Origin: an uncultured archaeon
GTDB taxonomy: Archaea > Aenigmatarchaeota > Aenigmatarchaeia > CG10238-14 > SCSR01
Length of the DNA stretch: 50,300 nucleotides
Direction of reading: 5' to 3'
Assembly (NCBI GenBank): GCA_964427125.1
Contig: CAYRSM010000002.1
Coordinates: 1 to 50,300 of the forward strand
This document shows, one piece after another, positions 1-9,792 of this stretch (positions within the stretch are counted from its first letter, which is position 1; each line of letters opens with the position of its first letter). The position numbers and the translations under genes were made by a program. Under the pieces are notes generated by a model that did no database searches, was not told the DNA's origin, and saw only the letters and a list, made by a program, of their open reading frames with translations.

Positions 1-1252
1 TAATCTTGAACTGAGGGACTGGCACAATCATTTTGCCCCCACCCATAAGGAATTCCTTCTCCTGCCTCTTTATTTCTTCTATAAAATGATAGGGTAAAAC
101 AAGTAGGTAATCCGGCTTTCTGCTCCTATATTCGTCTATGGAAATTATAGGTATGCCAGTCCCTACGATTGATTTTCCCCACTTATCAGGGTTTTTATCG
201 GTGGCTGCCGCAATCAGCTTGTTGGTTATGCCCGCATAATGAAGAATGACCTGGCCGCGCGTCGAGGCACCGTAAATGTAGATTTTTTTGCCCTGCTCCG
301 TCTCCTTGGACAGAAAATCAACCAAATTATCCCTGATTTTCCCAATCCTTTTGGCAAACTCATCATAGGTTTTTTGGTCGTTCAAGCGCATCTTTTCTTC
401 ACATTTCCTCATATCAGCCACACGCCCTTCCGAACCTGGTTTTCCTTTTAATACGCTGTCATTGTGCTTTACGTAAACCCTGAAACTCCCCCCATTAACA
501 TCATTAAGCTCGGCGTCGAAAACCTCCATATCGTGCCTCTTCAGAAGATTTTCCAGCGAAAATAGGGAATAAAATTCCAAGTGTTCGTGGCTGATGTTGT
601 CGAACGTGTTGTTCTCCAGCATCAGGCCGAGATAATTCATCTGTATAATCCAGATGCCGTCCTGAGCAAGGCATTTTTTAATGTCCTCCACGAACTCGTT
701 GGGTTTTTCCAAATCGTAAAACATGGCGATACATGTGATTACCTTGGCCTTAGCATCTCCAAAATTCTTCTTAAATGAGTTGTAGTTGAAATAATCATGT
801 AGCATTGTCACTCCGTCAGAAACACCCAACTCCCAGAGATTTGAAGGCTCAAACCCCACCTTGACTATGTTTGCCGTTTTATATTGCTTCAAAAGGGTGC
901 CGTCATTTGCGCCAACATCTATTACCAAATCGTCCGATTTTAAACTAACTGTACTTTCCGCACTATTTGCAACATCATTCAACGCATTGACCATTGTTGT
1001 GCTTATGCCGGACCTGTACCAATATTTCCGATACAGCACATCACGCTCCATTGTGTGCTTCAACTGCAAAAGTCCGCAACCGCCTTCTTTAGCATCGCAA
1101 AGAATCAACTCCAGTGGACCTTTAGGGAGATTCTTGTCCTCGTCTTCTATAAAATTGGTTACAAATTGTTCTCCCAACGATAAAATAGGTTTAAGATTTT
1201 TCGAACCACACACCCTACATATTTCTCTGCTTTTAACCCCGATTGCTATCAC
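1..1252 (-). CDS. SAM-dependent C-methyltransferase of the NDP-sugar type (Zn-ribbon + class I MTase + C-methyltransferase C-terminal domain). The C-terminus lies beyond the window edge.
   Basis: It is not in the ORF track because no stop lies inside the window. Hand translation of the minus strand is uninterrupted: (V)IAIGVKSREICRVCGSKNLKPILSLGEQFVTNF...DLVIDVGANDGTLLKQY...CIAMFYDLEKPNEFV...ISHEHLEFYSL...KKIYIYGASTRGQVILHY...PDYLLVLPYHFIEEI. The N-terminal CxxC, the GxNDG SAM loop and the C-terminal YGAS Rossmann-like segment fit this family. The GTG start at 1252 is a guess. Confidence 0.7.
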   Translation of the reverse strand, partial: MIAIGVKSREICRVCGSKNLKPILSLGEQFVTNFIEDEDKNLPKGPLELILCDAKEGGCGLLQLKHTMERDVLYRKYWYRSGISTTMVNALNDVANSAESTVSLKSDDLVIDVGANDGTLLKQYKTANIVKVGFEPSNLWELGVSDGVTMLHDYFNYNSFKKNFGDAKAKVITCIAMFYDLEKPNEFVEDIKKCLAQDGIWIIQMNYLGLMLENNTFDNISHEHLEFYSLFSLENLLKRHDMEVFDAELNDVNGGSFRVYVKHNDSVLKGKPGSEGRVADMRKCEEKMRLNDQKTYDEFAKRIGKIRDNLVDFLSKETEQGKKIYIYGASTRGQVILHYAGITNKLIAAATDKNPDKWGKSIVGTGIPIISIDEYRSRKPDYLLVLPYHFIEEIKRQEKEFLMGGGKMIVPVPQFKI

Positions 1253-1530
1253 CAGACAAGTATAATATATTTCAATAACACATTGCTTATTTAAAGCCGT
1301 TTTTTCACATTTCTTTTTGAATGTCACCTGCAACCTCTCCCCAAGGTTGGAAAACGGCTACGGCAATTCCAGTGTGATAAAAATGGCCGACTTCTACCAG
1401 AACCCTCTGAACCTTGCAGGCAACTGCCTCGTCGATTCCGTAATCTGCAAAAACTTCACGCGTGACTTCGCCCTAAACAGGACCTTCGCCTTCACGGGAA
1501 GGGGACTGTGCGTGGGTGTTCACGAGGGCG

Positions 1531-2850
1531 TCATATCCCTAACTGGGACTTCGAGCCGTCCTGTTGCACTCCTAGCAGCCATTTGTACAGCGGCACGCAG
1601 GGCACGGCATGCCCGTCTGCCTCCAGGACGCCTTCGTAGTCCCACGTTATCACAAGCAGGTTTCCGCATTTCATCTGGCCAGACGCCTTGATCAGGGACG
1701 CCGTCTCCCTGTCCCCTATCTCCTCGCGGCTGGACGAATAGGTTACCTGTATCAGCTGCCTCACTCCCGCCCCCTCCTTGACCACGAAGTCCACCTCGTT
1801 CTGCACATGATCCTTCCAGTAGTATACCTCCGTCCCGCCAGACAGGTAGTTTTTCCTCCTCAGGAGCTCCGTCGCGACAAGGTTCTCCATCAGCCTGCCG
1901 CGGTTCTCGCTCGTCCGGAACCCCATCGCGCTTACGAACCCCGTGTCTATGCAGTAGATCTTCTTCGGTGCAATCGTCTGCTGCTTGAGCTTGGGCGAGT
2001 ACCTCTCCAGCATAAAGGACAGGTACGCCCCCTCCAGGGCGTCTGCCCAGTTTTTGACGGTGTGTACGTCCCTTATTTCAAATATGTGCCCCAGCTTCCT
2101 TAGCGTAAACTCCGAGGCCGCATTCGAGACGAGGTATTTCGCAAACTCCTTGAACGTTTTTTTCTTCCGTATGGCGAACCTTTTGAGCACGTCTTTTTCT
2201 ATGATGTCCGCGTACACCCTCGCGACAATCTCCCTGCCGAACACGTAGGCCTCTGGCAGCCCCCCGATGTCCAAGTACCTCTCCAGCTGCCTCTTCAGTT
2301 CGGCCGTCTTCGCCGTGGAATAAAAATCCTCCCTTACGACAACAATCCCATTGTAGGCGAGGAATTCCCTGAAGCTGAACGGCATCAGCGTGAAGTCGAT
2401 GTGTCTGCCCGTCAGGTGCGTGGCCAGCTCGCCTGCAAGAAGCTTGGAGTTGCTTCCCGTTATGACGACTCTCTTGGTTCGCCTGAGCCTGTTTGCAAAC
2501 AGCTCCCAGCCTTCGACGTTCTGCGGCTCGTCGAGTATGAGACAATCTATGTTCCCGTAGAGCTCGTAAAACGCCTGCAGTATTTTGTCCAGATCCCCAG
2601 CTCCAGCCCCGGTCAGTCTCTCATCGTCAAAGTTCACGTACCCGAACTTTTCCTTTCTGAATATCTGCCACGAGAACACGGACTTTCCGCACCTCCTGAC
2701 GCCGAGGATGGCCAGGACGTTCGGCTGCGCCACGAAACTCTCCAGTCTCGCCATGGCGACCTCCCTTTCTATGATTGTGGCTTTTCCGAACTTTTCTTCC
2801 ATCTCCTCACGTTGCGATACTATGACCCTCTTGATTTCTTCCACGTTCAT
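1531..2850 (-). CDS. AAA+ ATPase, AAA_14 + DUF4143 family
   Basis: Walker A is LGVRRCGKS and Walker B-like is CLILDEPQ. The C-terminal half has the DUF4143-type signature EVDFVVKEG. I prefer the internal ATG (MNVEEIKRV) at 2850 over the track start at 2898. Confidence 0.8.
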   Translation of the reverse strand: MNVEEIKRVIVSQREEMEEKFGKATIIEREVAMARLESFVAQPNVLAILGVRRCGKSVFSWQIFRKEKFGYVNFDDERLTGAGAGDLDKILQAFYELYGNIDCLILDEPQNVEGWELFANRLRRTKRVVITGSNSKLLAGELATHLTGRHIDFTLMPFSFREFLAYNGIVVVREDFYSTAKTAELKRQLERYLDIGGLPEAYVFGREIVARVYADIIEKDVLKRFAIRKKKTFKEFAKYLVSNAASEFTLRKLGHIFEIRDVHTVKNWADALEGAYLSFMLERYSPKLKQQTIAPKKIYCIDTGFVSAMGFRTSENRGRLMENLVATELLRRKNYLSGGTEVYYWKDHVQNEVDFVVKEGAGVRQLIQVTYSSSREEIGDRETASLIKASGQMKCGNLLVITWDYEGVLEADGHAVPCVPLYKWLLGVQQDGSKSQLGI

Positions 2851-2995
2851 AACAATACTATTCACATACTTTAATAAAAAGTTTGCGGTTAATATCATTT
2901 AAAACTTGCCATTTCGTAAAATAACTCTATAAATTTATATTTTATAAAAAATTAATAGAGTTAAATTTAAATATAACAAAAATAAATAGACATAT
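2851..2995. promoter_or_regulatory. AT-rich divergent promoter region between the two DUF4143 ATPase genes
   Basis: This is 145 bp of very AT-rich non-coding DNA (tttaataaaaag, ataaatttatattttataaaaaattaat, aaatttaaatataac) with several TATA-like stretches facing both ways. No transcript data are available. Confidence 0.4.
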
Positions 2996-4255
2996 ATGCC
3001 AGAGATGATTATAAAGAGGGAGCTCGAGGACAGGGTGATGCGCTTAGCCAAAAGAAGGGAGATAATATGCATAAGGGGCCCGCGACAGGCCGGGAAGACC
3101 ACCCTGATGAAGACCGTGCAAAGAGCCTTGGGCGGGGACAGCGCCTTCGTAAACCTTGACCTTATAGAGTACAGGAAAGCCCTCGAGGGGGCGCCTGTGG
3201 ATTTCGCCAAAAGGCTCGCCAAGGAGGGCAAAAGGCTTTTCCTGTTCCTGGACGAGGTGCAGAGGGTGAAGGACGCGGGCGAGAAGCTGAAGATAATATA
3301 CGACGAGTTCCCGGACATAAAGATGTTCGCCTCCGGCTCGTCGTCGCTTGAACTGAAAGCCAATGTCCTGCCGCCCCTGGTGGGAAGGATGTTCCTGTTC
3401 GAGCTGTTCACTTTCGACTTCGAGGAGTTCCTGGGCGCAAGGGACGAGGGGCTGCGCAGGCTGCATGCGGAGAAGCGCGCTTCCCTGCTGGATTTCCTCG
3501 CCGGCAAAGGAGAACTGTCGCCCCCCTCGTTCACCGGGGATTTCACAAGGCGCCTGAAGGAGCATATGGTCTTCGGCGGCTATCCGGAGGTCGTGAAGGC
3601 GTCCGACGAGGAGGAAAAAAAGACCGTCCTCAGGAACATATTCAACCTGTATCTTGAGAAGGACATAGCATCCCTGTTCGCCGGGGAGACCGCCAAGTTC
3701 GACAGCTTTTTGAAAGTGCTCGCGTTTTCGGTCTCGGGTGTGCTCTCCCTCTCGTCGGCGGCGTCCGACGCGGGCGTGAGCCATGTCAGGGCCGGGCAGT
3801 TCCTCGAGGCGCTGAAGCACACCTACATCGTCTTCGCGCTGCCGCCGTTCCACAGGAACCTGATAACGGAGATAAGGAAGGCCCCGAAGGTGTACTTCTG
3901 GGACGTCGGCCTGAGGAACTCGTCCATGGACAACTTTTCCCCGTTCGACGGCAGGACGGACAAAGGGCAGCTGCTGGAGAATTTCGTCGCAAAGGAGCTT
4001 GTCATGAATTTCCCGGAATATAAGATTCGCTACTGGAGGACGACGGGCAAGGCCGAGGTGGACTTCGTCCTGGAAAAGGATGGCGCGGCGGTGCCCGTTG
4101 AAGTAAAATTGTCCGGGGATTCCCTGGGCAAGAGCTTTTACAGCTTTTTGGACGCGTACAAGCCAGAGAAGGCGCTTGTCGTGACCCTGGACAGGTTCGA
4201 CGCAAAAAAAATCAACGATACCGATGTCCGCTGGGTGCCCGCATTCTATTTTTAA
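2996..4255 (+). CDS. AAA+ ATPase, AAA_14 + DUF4143 family (second, divergent copy)
   Basis: Walker A is GPRQAGKTT and Walker B is LFLFLDEVQ. The C-terminal signature is GKAEVDFVLEKDG. The architecture matches 1531..2850 but the sequence is clearly diverged. Confidence 0.8.
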   Translation: MPEMIIKRELEDRVMRLAKRREIICIRGPRQAGKTTLMKTVQRALGGDSAFVNLDLIEYRKALEGAPVDFAKRLAKEGKRLFLFLDEVQRVKDAGEKLKIIYDEFPDIKMFASGSSSLELKANVLPPLVGRMFLFELFTFDFEEFLGARDEGLRRLHAEKRASLLDFLAGKGELSPPSFTGDFTRRLKEHMVFGGYPEVVKASDEEEKKTVLRNIFNLYLEKDIASLFAGETAKFDSFLKVLAFSVSGVLSLSSAASDAGVSHVRAGQFLEALKHTYIVFALPPFHRNLITEIRKAPKVYFWDVGLRNSSMDNFSPFDGRTDKGQLLENFVAKELVMNFPEYKIRYWRTTGKAEVDFVLEKDGAAVPVEVKLSGDSLGKSFYSFLDAYKPEKALVVTLDRFDAKKINDTDVRWVPAFYF

Positions 4256-4355
4256 TCCATCCTGCTAATAGCACACGAGCGTGTCAATCGAAATACGCGC
4301 TTGCCGTCGGCGGAAAACCATCTTTTTAATACTTGGGACGCTCAATTTAAGGATT

Positions 4356-5915
4356 ATGAAGATGCTGAAGGACGCCAGGATGGTCCTGCTGATTGTGCTG
4401 ACTCTCTCATCGGTCGTAATCCTGGCATACCCCTATGTTACAGGCAAGTCCGGCGTGACAGTTACATCAATATCTCCGAGCGCAAGATGCACCGGCGTCT
4501 CCGCGGGGAGCGTCATAACCCAGGCCAGCGGCGGCGACATAAGAAACACAAACGATTTCCAGAGGATAATGGCGTCTGTGAAGGCGGGCGACTATGTCAC
4601 ACTGGTGGTGGACGGCGGCCCCGGGGGTTGCGCCGCGCCGTCTGACGGCAACGTTGGGCTGGCGGTCGATAACATGAGGTCTTCCTCGATAAAATTTTCA
4701 CCCGACATACAGGGCAGCACCAAGACGACTTATGCACCGACAGACAACCTCACGGCAACGGACACAACCACGGCAAGAAACATCATCCAGCAGAGGGTGA
4801 GAGCTCTGAACCTTCAGTACACGGCCGTCGATTCGCAGGACAGCAGCATAGCCATAACCGCCCCCACCAGCGTCAACCCCGACGGCCTCCTGGCGCCCTG
4901 CAACCTTGTGGGCAGGATCACGACCGCAATAAGCCTGGAGAACGGAACAGGGAGGGTGAAGGTCGGCAATGACACATACGGCATAGGCTTTTATGGCACC
5001 AATGTGAACGTGAGCGGGAGCGTGTATTCTGCCAGTGATACAATAACCATCGGGGGCGTACAGGTTCGGTTTTCCAACATAACGAACTCTTCGGCCGCGG
5101 AGACTGTGCAGTTCCTAAGGAACGGCGACGTCATATCCGCTTCAGGCTACGGCGGCACATCCAGGGACCAGACATCCGGGGAGTACTACTTCAACATACC
5201 GATTGTGGCTTCCGAGAGCAGCACAGACACCCTAAAGACAATGGCGAAGAGCCTCGGCACCACTTTCGCCGGCGGACAGCTCGCCCTGAACGGCAACATA
5301 GAGTACTACCTTGACGGTGTCCTCTTGTCCAGGCTTCCGATGCCATACACCCTGGCGACTCAGCCCATACAGTCGCTGTCGGTGATAGGCGTAGGCGCCG
5401 GCGCAAAGGCCGTGGACAGCCTGAGGACAAAGGCCCAGATGTGCCTCAGCTCACAGCCGCTTGGCATTGCGTTCGGGAAGACAGGCACCGTTACGGTCGA
5501 TCCCACCAACAGGAACGCGTTCTACTACACTCTGGCGGCCACGCTGGCACTTCCCATCCTGTTTTTCCTGGTCATGTATGTCAGGACGAAGTCTGTAAAA
5601 GAGTCGGCCGCCCTGATATCGCTGGCGCAGATGCCGATAACGCTTGGTGCAGCGGCTTTCACGCAGATGGCTTTCCCGGTGAGCTGGGTCGTGGACCTGC
5701 CCACGGCGATGGGGATATTTGTCTCTTTGTTTGCCGTCCTGTCCACATCAAGGTTTAGCGGTGCATTGCTGAAAAACGGGGTGTCCAGGCACGCCGACAT
5801 AATAGTGTTCCTTGTGGGCTTCGTTGTCCTGTTCACGCCGCTCAAGGGGCTCGGCCTCTCGCTGCTGGTGGGATGGTTCCTGAAGGTGACAGCCTTCGGC
5901 TCCATGATAAAGTGA
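4356..5915 (+). CDS. Divergent SecD-like membrane protein with an N-terminal PDZ-like segment
   Basis: An N-terminal TM (VLLIVLTLSSVVILAYP) is followed by a PDZ-like stretch (GSVITQASGGDIRNTNDFQRIMASVKAGDYVTLVV). A SecD-like P1 pattern follows (DIQGSTKTTYAP...ARNIIQQRVRALNLQYTAVDSQDSSIAITAP), then 4-5 C-terminal TMs (FFLVMYVRTK..., VDLPTAMGIFVSLFAV). I chose the ATG at 4356 (MKMLKD) because a TATA-like tttttaata lies about 30 nt upstream. Confidence 0.45.
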   Translation: MKMLKDARMVLLIVLTLSSVVILAYPYVTGKSGVTVTSISPSARCTGVSAGSVITQASGGDIRNTNDFQRIMASVKAGDYVTLVVDGGPGGCAAPSDGNVGLAVDNMRSSSIKFSPDIQGSTKTTYAPTDNLTATDTTTARNIIQQRVRALNLQYTAVDSQDSSIAITAPTSVNPDGLLAPCNLVGRITTAISLENGTGRVKVGNDTYGIGFYGTNVNVSGSVYSASDTITIGGVQVRFSNITNSSAAETVQFLRNGDVISASGYGGTSRDQTSGEYYFNIPIVASESSTDTLKTMAKSLGTTFAGGQLALNGNIEYYLDGVLLSRLPMPYTLATQPIQSLSVIGVGAGAKAVDSLRTKAQMCLSSQPLGIAFGKTGTVTVDPTNRNAFYYTLAATLALPILFFLVMYVRTKSVKESAALISLAQMPITLGAAAFTQMAFPVSWVVDLPTAMGIFVSLFAVLSTSRFSGALLKNGVSRHADIIVFLVGFVVLFTPLKGLGLSLLVGWFLKVTAFGSMIK

Positions 5916-5936
5916 ATTCTGAATAATACGCTAGTC

Positions 5937-8657
5937 TTATCCGCTTTGTTTCAGGTAACTACCGGCCTTCAGCGTCTTTGATTTTGTCTCTCCGGAAAAC
6001 AGCGACAGCTCTCCGCCGCACTTTGCGCATTTCCCGATCAGCGGTATGTAGCCGAAGGTCGTTCCGCACTTGTCACATATCACCCCGTCCACGCTTGTCA
6101 ACACCTCGGGCGCCTTCTCCTGCGGCTTTGCCAGCAGCTGGCTCAGCATCATCTGCTTTCCCACCCTGAACAGCTCGCCCTTGTCGATGCCCATTGCCTC
6201 AAACACCCTCTCCAGCGGGGGGAGGAGCTGGTTCTCTATGTAGTACTTCGGGTCGACTTTCAGGTTGTGCTGCCTGATGTACTCCGGGTCCTCGGCTCGC
6301 TCCGATATGCTCTGAAGCCCCTTCACGATGACAAAGCCTATCCTGTCTCCGACCGTGGGGGCGTCCCCGACCATCCTCTCCTTCATCTTCTTGGCGAGGT
6401 TTATGTGCGGGAGCATCCCCTTGTACTCTTCGGGCCTTTTGGTTATGCCCTTTGTGATGACCAACTTATCGAGCTCAATCTTGTTGTCCTGCAGCTTCTG
6501 CACTATGTCCTTCATATAGCTGACCGCCTTCTCGGGGTTCTGCTCTTTTAGTATTATGTTCAGCGTGTTTGTCAGAACCTCCGACACGAGGTTGCACCAG
6601 TCCCTCCTCACGGTCTCTATGCCCTTCATGACCGTCTTCTCCTTCCACTCGCCCCCGACCTTCTCGAAGCTCCAGCCGGCGTACCTCTTCTTCGTCAGGA
6701 TGAGCAGCGACCTGAAAATATTTTCCACCTTTATCCTCATGGTACCCTTATACTCGTCGTTGATAAGCTTGGCAAGTTCGTCCCCTTTTTTCATTGCCTC
6801 GTCCATGTCTTTTGTGTCGGTCTCCACCATAACTGAGTCCGTGTCGCCGTATATCACCTTGTGCCTCGTCTTGCCCTCCACCAGCTCCTTTGTCCTGTTG
6901 ATATAGTACCTGCCGCAGCTCGTTATCGCGCTGGCCACGTCCAGAACATACAGCCTCGCCATCATGAAGCCCGTGTAGCCGTAGAAGGCGTTCGACATCC
7001 TCTTGAGCCCCTCCTGCCTGGCGTCGAGTATGGCGAGTTTCTCCTCGTCCCTCTCTTTCTTCATCTCGGCTTTTATCTTGGCCCTTTCCTCTATCAGATT
7101 TTTTACTATCCTCGGGATTATTCCTTGGCGCACGACTGTAGGCGCAAATGTCGCGCCATACGGTGTCTTTATCAGGCCGTCAACCACACCGTCCTTTTCA
7201 GAAACCAAAGTGGTCGGGCAGATGTTGTAGCCTATGTATATCGAGGGGTACATGGACATAAAATCTAAATAAACTGTGGCGTTGGTGTGCAGACCGTTTA
7301 TTGGGTCAAGGACATATGCCCCCTTAAGTTCCCTTGTTTCCCTTTCCCTGTCCCTTCTCGCGACCTCGTCCTCGTCCGGCCTGTTTGGTATGACAAAGCC
7401 GTCCCTGTTGAACTCCCTCAGGAGAAGGTTCTCCACCTTGGTGGACTCGCCGCTGTCCAGTGCGTCCTGCAGGAGCACCCCGGAAACCATCGATATCCCG
7501 ACATATTTGTTTATCATCTGCTTCTCCAGCAAAATCCTGAGGGCAAGCACTGCGTCCTTCCTCGCATAGTCTGACAAAAGTTTCACGTCCTCCCTCTTCC
7601 CGTTCCAGAGCTTCGGTATGTCGTTCTTGTTTATTTCCACCTTGCCCTCCCCGAACAGGTGCTGCGACACGCTCTCCAGGCTGTACCTCTTCAGGCCGAC
7701 AAAGAAGCCTCTGCCGCTCATCTCCTTGATTATGACATAGGGGTCCACCACTATCCTGCCCGTCACGGAGTTCAGCGACTTTATGCCAATCTTCCTGCTG
7801 TTCATGGGCTTCTGCGAGCACCTCCCCAGAGTCCTGGCCACGCCCGTCCGCATCATGCGCTCGTTTATGTAGGGAAGGTCGAAGCTGTTTATGTTGTACC
7901 CGGTGATTATGTCCGGATCGTATCTTTCGAATATTTCCAATAATTTTGCGAGCATCTCCTTCTCGTCCGTGAACTCCATCGTCTCGCTGTTCGCGATCCC
8001 CATCCTCTTCGCCACGAGCACAAGCGTCTTCGTCGAGTTGAAGTTTGGGGAAAAGGCTAGGGATATCATTATTATCGGGTCCTTGCTCGCCTCGGGCAGG
8101 CCGCCGTCCTTGCTGGCTATCTCAATGTCGAGCGAGAGGTGTTTCATCGGGGCATTCCCGGCCATTTCAACTGGCTCCACGCTCTCCGCCTCTATCCTTT
8201 TTGTGGTCTTCGCTATGGTCGTCCTTATCGGCTCTCCCCCGACCTTGACCCACCTCATGCCGAAGATGCCAAAGTCCGCCATGAACCTGTACCTGAAGAG
8301 TATGTCGGCCTCGAAGATTTCCTCCACGCAGGGAAGTTTCTTCATATGGTCCCTGATCATAGGCGTCTTGGATGGGTCGGTCAATGTCACCTTCATCAAA
8401 TCCACCCTTTCCTTACTGAAGCCTATCGGCAGGAACCTCTGCACGGCATCTATCTTCTCGACCTCCTTAAAATTCTTCCCGAGTTCCTCCTCGGTGGCTT
8501 TCCAGTCCCTCGGAAGTATGTAAAAGTAGGGCTTAAAGTTCTTGTAGAAGACTGTCACAGACTCCCCCTTCTCCGTCTTGCCGAAAATCCTTATCGTCGG
8601 CCTGCCGTTCCCGTCGGCTATGTAGTCGCAGTCAAACACCTGAAGAATCGTTTCCAT
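5937..8657 (-). CDS. polB: Family B DNA polymerase with an extra C-terminal zinc ribbon
   Basis: Exonuclease motifs are Exo I LSLDIEIAS, Exo II YNINSFDLPY and Exo III YARKDAVLAL. Polymerase motifs are Pol A YLDFMSMYPSI, Pol B KRMSNAFYGYTG, Pol C IYGDTDSV and KKRY. The protein is 906 aa. Its last ~46 aa carry CDKC-x13-CAKC (6018..6077) after a linker. Confidence 0.95.
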   Translation of the reverse strand: METILQVFDCDYIADGNGRPTIRIFGKTEKGESVTVFYKNFKPYFYILPRDWKATEEELGKNFKEVEKIDAVQRFLPIGFSKERVDLMKVTLTDPSKTPMIRDHMKKLPCVEEIFEADILFRYRFMADFGIFGMRWVKVGGEPIRTTIAKTTKRIEAESVEPVEMAGNAPMKHLSLDIEIASKDGGLPEASKDPIIMISLAFSPNFNSTKTLVLVAKRMGIANSETMEFTDEKEMLAKLLEIFERYDPDIITGYNINSFDLPYINERMMRTGVARTLGRCSQKPMNSRKIGIKSLNSVTGRIVVDPYVIIKEMSGRGFFVGLKRYSLESVSQHLFGEGKVEINKNDIPKLWNGKREDVKLLSDYARKDAVLALRILLEKQMINKYVGISMVSGVLLQDALDSGESTKVENLLLREFNRDGFVIPNRPDEDEVARRDRERETRELKGAYVLDPINGLHTNATVYLDFMSMYPSIYIGYNICPTTLVSEKDGVVDGLIKTPYGATFAPTVVRQGIIPRIVKNLIEERAKIKAEMKKERDEEKLAILDARQEGLKRMSNAFYGYTGFMMARLYVLDVASAITSCGRYYINRTKELVEGKTRHKVIYGDTDSVMVETDTKDMDEAMKKGDELAKLINDEYKGTMRIKVENIFRSLLILTKKRYAGWSFEKVGGEWKEKTVMKGIETVRRDWCNLVSEVLTNTLNIILKEQNPEKAVSYMKDIVQKLQDNKIELDKLVITKGITKRPEEYKGMLPHINLAKKMKERMVGDAPTVGDRIGFVIVKGLQSISERAEDPEYIRQHNLKVDPKYYIENQLLPPLERVFEAMGIDKGELFRVGKQMMLSQLLAKPQEKAPEVLTSVDGVICDKCGTTFGYIPLIGKCAKCGGELSLFSGETKSKTLKAGSYLKQSG

Positions 8658-8665
8658 GCTTTACT

Positions 8666-9781
8666 TTACTCCAGGTTAACTTTTAAGCATTCGTATGTTT
8701 CCAAATCGACTGTCCAGGCAATTCCATCTTTGCCGAAATCATCCAGCGAGATGAGGACTGTGTTCTTGTAGTTGGCCTGTTGGCTTCCTCCAAGGTCTGT
8801 GACGAATATGTCCGGTGCGGGGTCTATGACAAGGGGAGAGAGCGAGACGCTTCCGAACCTCCGGTAGCCTATCATCCTCTTCCTCAGCAGTGTTGTCATT
8901 GATGCGATCGGTGCGTCGGTTGCCGGCAACGCCCCGCCGCCACAGAGGAGAACTTTGGCGTTCTCTATCATAAGCAACGCGGGTGAATAAATCGGTTGGG
9001 TCGTGTCCTCCGGTGTTGGCTCGGAAACAGGTTTCACCATGCGGCATGACCCTTGTTCAAGGTCGAACACATAGGCGCGCTCGTAGGCCTTGCCGGTCTT
9101 TTCCCTGATTGTTTTGATGACCCCACCCAACACCTCTTTCCTATCGCCGATGTGGGAGATAAACACCAGCACAGCCTTTCCCACGCTCTTATTCCTTTCC
9201 TTGAAGAGGGGCATGTCCGGCGCGACAATCTTCTCGGCCTTGATGGGAGAACCGTTTTCGCAGACAAAGCCCAGGACGTCACCCACACCAATTTGCGCCA
9301 GCTGGCCGTCCTCTATGCCCGCGCACGAGACAGACACCGCTCCCGTGTTGTCCTGCAGCATCATTAATTTGCTCGCCCTCTCCACACCCACAACCTCGGC
9401 TATCAGGGAGAACTTTGTGCTGTTCCTTGTGATCTTGTTTACGGATGTCGTGTTGACCAACTCCCACCTCTGCCTGAGCAAACCCCTCACAGCGTCGTAG
9501 GTCGCCGCCTTGTCCTCGAGGATGTCGTCCAGTGATATGCTTTCCGGCAGCGGCTCGGGCTTTTTCAGCACGATTATTGGGTTTTTCTCTGTGCCGCGTT
9601 GCGACTCAAATAACCGCACCTGTTCGACACCCACCACATACTTGCCTTCCTTTTGTATTGACTCTATGAGACCGCTCAAAAACTGCCCGTCAAACCCTTT
9701 CTCGGCTATGTATGCCAGGCTCTCCTTGTCGAGCTGCAACCCGTTCTTCAGAAAAAGCTCCAACGCCTCTTGTCCGTCCAT
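8666..9781 (-). CDS. DP1 (PolD small subunit)/eukaryotic B-subunit-like protein with an OB fold and a degenerate, catalytically dead phosphoesterase domain
   Basis: I start at the internal ATG at 9781 (MDGQEALELFLKNG...) because the 117-codon upstream part of the track ORF is Arg/Gly/His-rich junk overlapping the wHTH gene. The OB-like pattern is FSLIAEVVGVERASKLMMLQDNTGAVSVS...GVGDVLGFVCENGSPIKAEKIVAPDMP. The DP1 phosphoesterase (PDE) motifs are all degenerate: ISHIGD replaces SDxHxG, there is no GDxxD or GNHD, LLCGGG replaces xxHG, and PDIFVTDLGG replaces PDIFhxGHxH. The gap to polB is 8 nt. Confidence 0.6.
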   Translation of the reverse strand: MDGQEALELFLKNGLQLDKESLAYIAEKGFDGQFLSGLIESIQKEGKYVVGVEQVRLFESQRGTEKNPIIVLKKPEPLPESISLDDILEDKAATYDAVRGLLRQRWELVNTTSVNKITRNSTKFSLIAEVVGVERASKLMMLQDNTGAVSVSCAGIEDGQLAQIGVGDVLGFVCENGSPIKAEKIVAPDMPLFKERNKSVGKAVLVFISHIGDRKEVLGGVIKTIREKTGKAYERAYVFDLEQGSCRMVKPVSEPTPEDTTQPIYSPALLMIENAKVLLCGGGALPATDAPIASMTTLLRKRMIGYRRFGSVSLSPLVIDPAPDIFVTDLGGSQQANYKNTVLISLDDFGKDGIAWTVDLETYECLKVNLE

Positions 9782-9792
9782 AAATAGAGAAA

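Noticed and set aside
3044-3853. 269-aa minus-strand ORF inside the second DUF4143 ATPase gene
   Set aside because: It is an antisense shadow. The plus strand carries Walker A/B motifs.
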